Assembly (NCBI GenBank): GCA_051294375.1
Contig: CM119268.1
Span: 19,806,785 to 19,870,784, forward strand
DNA: 64,000 nucleotides
DNA from: Paraspadella gotoi
Lineage: Eukaryota > Animalia > Chaetognatha
Direction of reading: 5' to 3'
Position numbers and translations under genes: made by a program. This document shows, piece by piece, positions 13,301-23,269 of the stretch (within the stretch, counting starts at the first letter, position 1; every line of letters starts with the position of its first letter). The notes beneath the pieces were generated by a model, which was not told where the DNA came from, did not search any database, and saw only the letters and a program-made list of their open reading frames with translations.

Positions 13301-13631
13301 GTTTTCATAATAAAACAAATTCGGCGGTCGGACGTTTGTCGNNNNNNNNNNNNNNNNNNNNNNNNNNNNNNNNNNNNNNNNNNNNNNNNNNNNNNNNNNN
13401 NNNNNNNNNNNNNNTCTAAATCATAATACACAACGAAAAGAAAGGAAAATAACAATCAATCAATCAATCAATCCGTCCATCCTTAGCAAAAAGCCCCAAC
13501 AACTCGTGATTGGCTGGTTGGATCAAAATGAAATTTTGTGTATGGGTAGGAACATGTGTGTGAAGCAGGATATAAAGTTTCGACGAAATCGTGTGGGTGG
13601 AGTATGAGTTTAAATGGAAAAAACATATAGT

Positions 13632-13844
13632 TATGGACGACACAAGTTTCAGATCAAGAATGATTTATTCTTCAACAAGGTTATAAATAATAACAGTCAA
13701 AATGCTCAGATGCTAAGTCTATTACAATGGTTATTTACAAAGGTCAACGATTTGACCACATATAAACACGGGGAACCGAGCGGGGTCAGGTTGTTAAGGT
13801 CAAGTGGTTTGACCGAGGTTGCGTGTTCGATATGTTCGTCCACA
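13632..13844 (-). repeat. 3' LTR of CsRn1-like Gypsy element (TG...TA termini)
   Basis: Follows PPT GGGGGGATG; terminal inverted repeat TGTGGACGA/TCGTCCATA; TATA-like and AATAAA motifs. Confidence 0.75.
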
Positions 13845-13893
13845 CATCCCCCCACCAAGCCTTTGACCGGGTGGGGAGAAGGCTTGAGAAAAG

Positions 13894-16560
13894 TTATTGA
13901 GTGACGTCGTCGTTTTCGTCGTCATCTTCCGGTGGTTGAAGCATCGTCGGAAGGACGTTAAATAGACCGGGGATGGATGCTGATTGTCGACGAGTAACTT
14001 GGGGCGTCATGGAAGACGCGAGAGGCGCTGCTTCCGTTTCTGGAGGCGGTGCGACTTCATCGTTGACGATGGTTGGAGCCGCTACTGAAGTGCGACGCGG
14101 GCGACCTCGTGGGCGTGCCCGCGGTGGTTCAGGAGGAGCGGCTTCGTCGGTGACAGCAGGTTTCAGTCGATTGACGGAGATAACTTCGACGCCGCGGCCC
14201 GGGATTTCAAGTTTTTTTTTGGGCCGCGTTCGAGGACGTTGTAAGGGCCGTCGTAAGGCGGCTGAAGCGAGGTCGAATATCTGTCGCATCGGACGTAGAC
14301 GTGGTTGGCGTCAGCGAGCGTTTCCGGAACATGAGAAGGCGGCGCCGCATGCCATGCGGCTGGCAGATGCTGCATGAGGGCAACATCTGCTCGGAGATCG
14401 TTGAGGATTCACGAGCGGGCGGCGGCGTCGATGTCGGTTGTCGAGACTGGAAGTAGCTCGCCAGGGAGCGTCAGCGTCTCACCTAGCGTTAATTCAGCGG
14501 GAGAAACGTCCAAGTCTTCTCGTGGAGTTGCGCGGAGGCTCAAAAGAGTCCATGGCAACTGCGCCAGCCAGTTTTGTCCGGCGGCGTCGCAGCGGGCACG
14601 GAGCGCCGCTTTAAGCGTCTGATGAAGGCGCTCGACCATCCCATTGGACTGGGGTGGTAAGCGGTCGTCGTGAAAGGGTCAAAACCGACTACCGCCGCCA
14701 CTTGGCGCCATAGTTCGGACGTGAACTGGGCGCCACTATCGGTGGTGACGACGGAAGGGACGCCGAAGCGCGAAACCCAATTTTGTAGAAAGGCGGCGGT
14801 GACGGAGGCGGCGGAGACGTCTCGAAGCGGTGCCGCTTCCGGCCAGCGCGTGAAACGGTCAATCATCGTCAGAAGATGAGTGTGACCGGAGACGGCTGGC
14901 AGCGGCCCCACTAGGTCGATATGCATGTGTGCAAAACGTCTAGACGGTGGTTCGAAGCTCTGGAGAGGGGCGCGGACGTGGCGCTGCGTCTTGGCGCGCT
15001 GGCAAGTGTCGCATGATGCTGCCCATCGTGCGATGTCGGATGAGGTTGAGGAGCCGCTGGACATCGTCGTCAGTGGCTTGATCAGCCGCCATTGCCTCGA
15101 AGTTGACTTGGAGGGCGCCGACGGTGGCGGCAATGTCCTCGCGCTCTTTCTGCGCGTTCGAGCTCGCTTCAGGTCGATCTGACGGTGGCGGTGCTGGCGG
15201 AGGAGCTGGCAGGCGGGAGAGGGTGTCGGCGACGACGTTCGCCTTCCCGGCGATATGACGGATGTCGCCGTTGTATTCGACAATGCCCGCCAACTGGTAG
15301 GTCTGCCTCATGGTGTGAGGTTCTGCCTTCTTCCGCAGCGCCGGCACAAGCGAGATGTGATCACTGAAAAGCGTGAAGCGGCGTCCTTCGACATATGGGC
15401 GGAAATGGCGGATCGATGCATGAGCATGAAGCTCCTTGTCGAATCGCGGCCATTTGCGCTGGTTTGGCTTCAGTGGTTTGGAGTGGAACCCAAGGGGTTG
15501 CCACTGGCCTTCGACGAGCTGTTCGAGGACGGCGCCGATGGCGACGTCGGAGGCGTCGACGGTAAGGGCGAGAGGAGCGCCGTCGATTGGGTGGACCAGT
15601 ATCTTTGACACTAGTGGGCGTGGCCATCTTGCGTAATGCCTCTACCTTCGACGGAAGAGGGCGGACGCCATCCTTGTCAACGTTGTAGCCCAGAAACTCC
15701 AGGCTGGAGGCGCCGAAAACGCATTTAGCGCGGTTGACGATAAGGCCGTTGTCGGCGAGCGCGTTGAAGACGCGCTTGAGATCTTCTTGATGCTCTTCGT
15801 GTGAGTGAGATGCCACAAGAAGGTCATCTAAGTAAACAAAGACGTGGGGAATGCCGCTTAGGACTTGGTCCATCATGCGTTGGAAGTCCTGGCCGGCGTT
15901 ATTCAACCCAAACGGCATGAAGAGGAACTCATAGAGGCCGAACGGCGTGATGAACACCGTTTTATGGCGATCTTCTTTCGCGACAGGGATCTGATGATAT
16001 CCCTTGCAGAGGTCGATCATTGAAAAAACCGTCTTCCCGACGACGTCAGCGTTGAAGTCCATGAGGTGGCGGATCGGGTAACGATCGTCGACGGTGACGC
16101 CATTGAGGCGTTGGAAGTCGCCACAGGGACGAAGAGAGCCGTCTGGTTTCCGGGTGACGTGTAGCGGCGACGCCCACGCGGACGTTGAGCGTCGGATAAT
16201 ACCGAGTTCCAGCATTTTCTCAAACTCGGCCTTGGCGGTGGCGAGCTGATCGGGGGCAAGGCGGCGGACGCGGGCGAAGACGGGCGGACCTTTCGTTGGT
16301 ATGTGATGCTCGAGAATGGGCGTGGCCACGTCGGCGATGATGACGAGATAGGGAAAAACGCGTTTTCCCAATCTAATCCCCATCTCTCGGATGCCGAATG
16401 TTTCAATGGGCGTGTCGTTGGCGGCACGGAGTGGCGGGGCGTTAGCGGCGGCAAGCGCCGCTTTGACGGCGGCTGGGTCTGCCTTGGCGGCGGCGCGGTC
16501 GGCGGCAGAGGCGGGGATGAGCGTCGCTTCTGAGCCGCTGTCGACACACTAAGAAAAGCT
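13894..16560 (-). pseudogene. pol: pol (PR-RT-RNaseH-IN) pseudogene
   Basis: Motifs split over ORFs 15361-16383, 14940-15611, 14540-15283, 14409-14639, 14163-14375, 13894-14289. Confidence 0.9.
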
Positions 16561-17354
16561 TCAAGTCGTTTCGGCCAGCGACGCGGGCGACTAGCGTTTG
16601 ACGGCGCCATTAAGCATGGGCGGCCGTCACGGTTCGTCCCGTGGCACTTGAACGCGTTGGTGCCAAAATTATAATAGTAGAAGCACTTGGCTTCGCCCAT
16701 GGGCGGTTCGCGGTGTGGTGGGGAGCGGGGCGTCAGTACTGGGCGCCGTTGCTGCTGCGTCTGCTGCTGCGTTGAGCGCTGTTGTGATGGGCGCTGCTGC
16801 GTGAAGGGGCGCTGTGTTGAGCGCAGAGGGGCTCGGCGCACTGCATTTGCGTAAGAGATGGCGCCATTGTCGTCGTCGCTTGTCAATTCGTCTGGAAGCT
16901 CCAGTGGCTCGTCCACTGTGACCTCACTGGTGGTGATGGCGTTCACCAAAGATGGAGTGCGGTCGGAGCTGCGAAGCTGGCCTGAAGGAAGGAAGAATTC
17001 GTCGGCGTCTTTGGCGATGTCGGCGGGCTTCTTATCCTTCGTGACAGCGTGTTCCCTGACGCTTTGAGGGAGGGAGGCGGCCAAGATGGCGGCCTTAATG
17101 TGGTCCATGGTGAGACCTTCCAAGACGGCGTCGATCGCGGAGAGGTGCTGGGAAGGGGTGACGCCCTTTAGGGACGTCATCTTCAGCGCCTTTGCAGCAC
17201 GTCTGTTGGCGTCTTTGCCATAGATTTTCTGAAGGTGTAGGACCAAGTTCTTGTGAGCTTCCGGCCCTTCGTCAATGCGGAGACCATGTGGAATTAGTCG
17301 GTGGCGGGAGATGGGGATGGCGCTGAGAATGAGCGCCTTCTTCTCCTTCTTCAA
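16560..17354 (-). pseudogene. gag: gag, N-terminally truncated
   Basis: ORF 16017-17354 with TPSQHL/ADEF helical region and a CHCC-like knuckle. Confidence 0.75.
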
Positions 17355-17539
17355 ACGCAGAACAAAGTCGCATTTACTAAAATCTTTTTACTTATTTTAA
17401 CCAATAAATCATAATTGGATGGATAGATTGAGTTTATGGTGGACTAAAATCCACCAACCGTTCATCAACGGCCATTGGTGCCGGAGGCAGTCATTCGCCT
17501 CCAACCCAAAGGTCCGGGGTTCTAGCCTGGTGGCCGCCT

Positions 17540-17615
17540 AGCAGTTAAGAGGGACGGGGCGCTTAACCCGCCTGTAACATGGTGTTACAGCCTGATCCGA
17601 AGCTCAGGGACTGCT
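17540..17615 (+). ncRNA. Twister ribozyme-like motif, 5' LTR (predicted cut 17564/17565)
   Basis: AGCAGU-UAAGAGG-GACGG-GGCGCU-U^AA-CCC-GCC-P3-G-CCUGA-UCCGAAGC-UCAGG-G-ACUGCU. Confidence 0.78.
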
Positions 17616-17955
17616 TATATTGAACGGTTCTGTCATAAACACTTATCAATAATTACTGTCTCTTCATTGGTGAGCCCGACTTCCGAACAAAACAGCAACA
17701 ACACTTTCAGGCGACATGCCTCAATCTGGCGATGCACTTTCCGCCAACACATCAGGCGACATGCCTCAACTTGGTGATGCACTTTCCACCAACAACAACA
17801 ATTCACTGAAGAGACGCAACAGACTTCTCCCTATGGAGGGGGGGGATGTATGGTGGACTAAAATCCACCAACCATTCATCAGCGACCATTGGTGCCGGAG
17901 GCAAGTCATTCGCCTCCCAACCCAAAAGTCCGGGGTTCTAGCCTGGTGGCTGCCT

Positions 17956-18031
17956 AGCAGTTAAGAGGGACGGGGCGCTTAACCCGCCTGTAACATGGTG
18001 TTACAGCCTGATCCGAAGCTCAGGGACTGCT
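17956..18031 (+). ncRNA. Twister ribozyme-like motif, 3' LTR (predicted cut 17980/17981)
   Basis: Identical core to 17540-17615. Confidence 0.78.
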
Positions 18032-18723
18032 TATATTGAACGGTTCTGTCATTAACACTTATCAATAATTACTGTCTCTTCAAGTTCAAATTTTGTGTGT
18101 GGGTAGGAAAATGTGTGACGAAACTTGATATAAAGTTTCGGTACAAGTGGAAATGAGTTTAAATGAAAAAAAATATGAATCACATTTACTTGACTCTTTT
18201 TACTTATTTTAACCCATAATAGATTGAGATGAAATTTTGTGAGCGGGAGGAAAAGTGTGTGAAGAAGCTAGTATATAAAGTTTTGACGGAATTGTGCCAG
18301 TGGAAATGAGTTTAAATGGAAAAAATATAAGTCACATTTACTTGAATCTTATTATTTATATGATTACTAATAAATGTTTTAATTAATTGATTAATTAATG
18401 TGAAAAAATTAGTTAAAAAATCTTAAAAGCATAAGCATCGTCGCAATTGCAGAGAGAGAGAGAGAGGAGATAGATATATGTTGCGATATCAAAATGATAA
18501 CATGCAGAAATGAGATGCCTAATTTTACGAGTTCAATCCTAATTCAATTTTTTTTAAATAAAAATAGGGAAGTCTGGCGTTAAGCGTCCGAGATAAAAAT
18601 TAGCGAATAAAAAAGTTGTTATTTTACTCACTGAATAAAAATACTTAAAATACTTAGAAAATATATAAAATTGATAAAATTATTATTCCGATAACATTTT
18701 TCAATCACATGCAATACATCTAG

Positions 18724-19310
18724 TAAGGCGGGCCAAAATTGAACACTTTTTATAACTTCTAGTTTTCTCAAAAAAAATTATTTTTTCCTTCTACTACTAA
18801 ATCGATTTTCCATGTAACTTTTTGAATTAGTTCATTGGGTTGTTGCACCTTTAAATATTTATTAATATATAACAAATGAAAAAAAAATTTTAAATTTTTT
18901 TAAGAACGGTTTCTTGTAGAGCTTAAAGAATTAAATGAAAGTTAGTACTATAATTTTTTTAAATTTTGACAATAAATTGGTTAAAAATAGAAAAAACCTT
19001 AAAAAATCATCATCATCATTAGCTGAATTTTAGTTTTTTAAATTTTTCATTAATAAAACAAAAAAATTTTTAAAAAATTGTATTAATAACCTTTATCTAA
19101 CTTTTAAAGCTCTATCAGAATCTATAAAAAAAATTGAAAAATTTTTAAAAAAAATTTTACTTTATATAGTAATAAAATAATCTTTAAATGCTTCCGTGTG
19201 CTTATTAATAAGCAAAATTTTAAAAATTATTTTCATTTTCATATTATTTAATAGTCGCTTAACCATTATTTATTTGAGAGAACTTTTAGTTTTCAACCTG
19301 TTCCGGCCTA
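18724..19310 (+). mobile_element. hAT-type MITE, 8-bp TSD ACATCTAG/ATATCTAG, followed by a truncated tandem copy (19319 to ~19470)
   Basis: TAAGGCGGG...CCGGCCTA termini; same family as 8923-9510. Confidence 0.8.
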
Positions 19311-19703
19311 ATATCTAGTAAGGCGGGCCAAAATTGAACACTTTTTATTACCTTTAGTTCTCTTAAAAAAAATTCTTTTTTCTTTCTATTACTAAATCGA
19401 TTTTCAATGTAACTTTTTGAATTAGTTCATTGGGTTGTTGAACTGAAGCTTTTAAATATTTATTAATATATAATAATTATATAAAGTTTTGACGGAATTG
19501 TGCCAGTGAAAATGAGTTTAAATGGAAAAAACATAAGTCACATTTACTTGAATCTTTAATATTAATGATTACTAATAAATGTTTTAATTAATTAATTAAT
19601 TAATTAATTAATGTGAAAAAATGATGCAATTTAAAAAAATATGCAAGTTGAAAAAATTTTAAAAGAATAAAGATCGTCGCAATTACATAAAAAGAGAGAG
19701 AGA

Positions 19704-19914
19704 GCGTTCATCAGCGGCCATTGGTGCCGAAGGCAAGTCATTCGCTTCCCAACCCAAAGGTCCGAGGTTCTAGCCCGGTGGTCGCCTAGCAGTTAAGAGG
19801 GACGGGGCGCTTAATCCGCCTGTAACATGGTGTTACAGCCTGATCCGAAGTTCAGGGACTGCTTATATTGAACGGTTCTCTCATTAATACATATCAATAA
19901 TTACTGTCTCTTCA
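19704..19914 (+). mobile_element. 5'-truncated solo LTR of TRIM family A with mutated twister (19788-19863)
   Basis: tRNA-like part, twister with loop UCCGAAGU, ends in CTCTTCA. Confidence 0.85.
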
Positions 19915-19972
19915 TGTGACTGCTTTCTTTCGTTGCGTTTTAGAATTAGTTTTAGGGAAGATAATTTTGTAT

Positions 19973-20232
19973 TGTGGCGGTATATTCACACCGCCTCACA
20001 TCCACCATCATTCTGCCACTACCGTTGGCTCAGATGGGGAACAACCCATCCCAGCCGTACTGTTCCATCCACTCCACCGTCCTAACGACTTCCCTCTGGG
20101 TTGGCAAAGCGAGACCGTCCGATGGTAACCGCGCCAGTGACTGGATGCGTCACTGAGGGTCGGAAGCCCCCAAAGCCAACAGTGGGATGACCCATCCTAT
20201 TGGGCATCACAGTCAACCCGGCTGTTGCCATA
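19973..20232 (+). mobile_element. Putative solo LTR of a second family (B) with Pol III boxes and twister; termini TGTGGC...GCCATA
   Basis: Flanks GTAT/ATAT (4-bp TSD with 1 mismatch); A box TGGCTCAGATGG; B-like GTTCCATCC; 5' hairpin GGCGGT/ACCGCC. Confidence 0.65.
20100..20180 (+). ncRNA. Twister ribozyme-like motif (P5-type), predicted cut 20126/20127
   Basis: P5 GUUGGC/GCCAAC; AAA; P2 GCGA/CCGC; GACCG; UAA; GCC; P3 AGUGAC/GUCACU; P4 GGG/CCC; loop UCGGAAGC. Confidence 0.8.
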
Positions 20233-20929
20233 ATATTTGGTTTTGTTTTGTCATCAGTACGTCGAAACATGTCTGTTATTTTTTTTCTTAATAAAATCGT
20301 TGTTTGTAAATAAAATGAAAAATTTTCGTCTCTCAAACTATTATTAATATTATTATTATTATTATTATTATATTATTATATCGTCAGCGGATATGGGATC
20401 CGCCTCCACTCTATTTAGGAATTGTTTCATGGGCCGAGGGAGTAGGACGAAGGACTTTAGTTATCAGAAGCGAAGCTGCCCTCGGCCCGAATGGTTGCAA
20501 TATTATTTCTAGCAATTTTCGTTTTATCTCTTTGCGCTTTAAAACTGTAAATAAGTAAATACAACTTATGCTCGTATTTCAAATTCTCTTTGTAATAAAT
20601 TTACACACCGAAAATAGCGTAAACGGCCAAGTGGTGTCACCGACGAGATTCGAAAAGAAAAATTAAACAAAATCAACCACGCGAATCAAACCGAAGAGAC
20701 TCAATTGAAAAAAAAAAATACGCTACAATAGTGTATCAAGATGGATTCGGATTTTTAAAAACAGAAAACAATAAACAGCTTAGTCCTAATAAACGCGGTT
20801 TCTTTCTCCCGGATTAACTCGCGAAAGAAAAACAAAAAAAAAAAAAAAATAAAATAGAAATAAAAGTAAACCATTCGGGCCCTCTCACCTAAAGATTGAG
20901 CCAAAACGATATCACGCTCCATCCTGGAC

Positions 20930-22458
20930 ATGGCAAAACTACTTGGCATAGGTGAGAAGGGGGCTAGCAAAGAATCGATACCGCCGCTGCAACCCACTGC
21001 ACCGGCCGGAGAGAAACCGTCAGACGCCATGCAGGGCATGGTGGGACCTACTTGGATAGACGAACCGGAATGGTCGTCTATTATGACAGCAGAACCGAGC
21101 CCATCAACCGATGACGAACGAACTGCCGGGCTTGACAAAATCAAGCTCGTCGACGACGACGAAGGCGCCGACGCCAATGAGACAACATACAGCAATGGCA
21201 AGCCACACCTTCTTAATCTAGACGAGAACCTAAGAAGGGTCGCGGAGGGAAAGAAAGGCAACATGGGAGCAGCCATCACCGAGATATTAGCCTTGGTCAA
21301 CGACAACAAGGTGGAGTTCCGCCGCGCCGCGGCGGAAATCACGCCAAGCGGCCGCCGAAACAAGGGCTCTCGCCAGAAAGATGGCCGACCTCGCACATGC
21401 GGTAGAAGAGCTGGCAACGGCACCAAGGGAAGAAGGCCCAGACGCCTACGCGCCAGAAGACCGCCGAAGAAGCACGTCCACCGCGGAAACGCCAGGCAGC
21501 CAGCCCCGCGCTCAATCTCAGCAAACCCGCTCTCACGTGCGCCGATCAAAATGGACAGGCGACGTGAAGGAGAAAAAGCCGATGGAGTTCTTGAGGGGCA
21601 TCTACAGAAACCTCAAGAACTGCGATTTCGAAGAAAAACGGGTGAACGAACAACTCCAAGCCGTCCTCGCACGCGATGAGGAGGCAAATTGGTACGTCGA
21701 CCCCATCGACGGCAGCCTATGGAAAGGCCTCGAGGCAATGTGCAAAGAGTCATCTGTCACAGCGGCGGAAATAGCCGAGAAGATAGTGGTGAAGGTGGAC
21801 CCGAAGGAACACTCCGAGTACGGACTCCCACTAGTGAACTCGATCTACAAAAAGTTCGACTGCGTCGCACCCGAAGAACGTGACGCAGTCTCGCGCCACG
21901 TCGCCCGCCTGTTGACGAAGGCGCTGGACCCGTACGCCCCTGGCATCTCAAGAGAGGTACTGAAATTCAGGAACCTCATCGACACAGGAAAACGCCGCGA
22001 GCTAGGAAAGGAAATCGAGTGGATCCTGCGTGGATGGCTCGAAACGTACGGATACAAATCGGAAGGCACCGCTCGCCGCTTCATAAACTCAGTGAAGGAG
22101 AACGACTGCCAGATCCTCACAGACTCGCTCCTGAAGAAGGGTCTGAGCGACAAAAACCCCGCCGAGAGCGAACGCCCTGTATCAAGGAGCAATGATGCAG
22201 GAAGCAAACAACACGCGCGAGCTCATGGAGAAGCTCACGAAAAGCATGTCGGCGATCCAAAGGGCCGTCGAAACAAAGAAGGACGACGGCAGATGGAGAG
22301 GGCGCCAGCCAGGGACACACAGACGCCCAGAATGGCGTGACAGGCGCGACGGAGGGGGCGACAGGCGCTGGCAGGGCAGACAGGCCCGCACAGACAAAAA
22401 TTTCCGAAGGATAGATTTGAATTTAGGCGCAGAGACGCGATTGAAACCGATGAATTAG
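20930..22458 (+). pseudogene. gag: gag-like ORF, frameshifted
   Basis: Overlapping ORFs 20930-21679, 21381-22340, 22192-22458 between PBS and protease. Confidence 0.6.
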
Positions 22459-23269
22459 ATGTCCAAACCACTAATAAAAATTTCGAAAATTACAACTGCT
22501 CATTATTACCGATCCCAAGTCAGAAAAAGGAAAACCCCAGAGAGGGTGAAAGCGGCGAAGCTAGCAAACGACGCCGCTGACAAATCAAGAATGCCGCAAA
22601 GAAATGGCAACCATCTGACGCCTTAGCGAGATTCGCCGACTGCGCAAAAACAGCGATGAAATTCAAAGGCAAGGACGCAGCAACTAGACTGTATAAACTG
22701 TTCGCCCCGCTTGGGGCCAAAGACAGACACTTGTTAGCTGTAGCGATAGTCAAAGAATCAGAGCCCCGTGGAAAACGTTCTCCGTGAAAGACAAATTCGC
22801 ACACGTCAAACGCTTGAAAGCGTGCGAAAAGCTCTGCAAAAAGGCGGCAAACCGGGAAAACGGTAGGCGAATAGAAGCAACGCCCCCGCCCCGACAACCT
22901 CGCAAGCTGAAGCGGAAAAGCAAAAACAAGGCAAAGCCAAAGCCAGACTTAGAACGTTTGTCGAATTCGGCGGAGTAAAGTCGAGAAAGATGGTTTACAA
23001 TCCGACATACACAATCATCGGAACTAACCAAGGCGAGTCCTTGCACCAAGAAACGATCAGAAAGATCGAACGGATGTGCCATGAGCCAGAGACACTGACA
23101 ATGCCCGTCACAAAAGAGGAATCCAGGAAAGACGAACAAATGCCCCCGCGGTTACCCGATTCACCGCAGAGGCGCCCCGTCCAACAGAGAAAACAAAAGG
23201 TCCGAAACCGAGAGACGATACAGGAAAAGGTTTTAGGCACGCAGGAAATAACTATATCCCTGCAGTAAT

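Larger units (their letters stand above)
13632..17354 (-). mobile_element. Ty3/Gypsy LTR retrotransposon, CsRn1-like clade, frameshifted and 5'-truncated
   Basis: gag with CFYYYNFGTNAFKC...C knuckle; protease VDSGSEATLIP; RT YLDD; RNase H VDASDVAIG; integrase HIDLVGPL/TDSGAQF/VERLH; GPY motif. Confidence 0.92.
17435..18082 (+). mobile_element. Complete TRIM family A copy (LTRs 17435-17666 and 17849-18082; 4-bp TSD AGTT)
   Basis: AGTT at 17431-17434 and 18083-18086; PBS TGGTGAGCCCGAC 17668-17680; PPT GGAGGGGGGGGATG before the 3' LTR; no coding capacity. Confidence 0.95.

Noticed and set aside
13632-13844. Ribozyme in the CsRn1-like LTR
   Set aside because: No twister or hammerhead core seen; it has Pol II-type TATA and AATAAA motifs
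20431-20490. Hammerhead in the env-Gypsy LTR (GGACGAA inside a long stem)
   Set aside because: No CUGANGA or GAAA core on either strand
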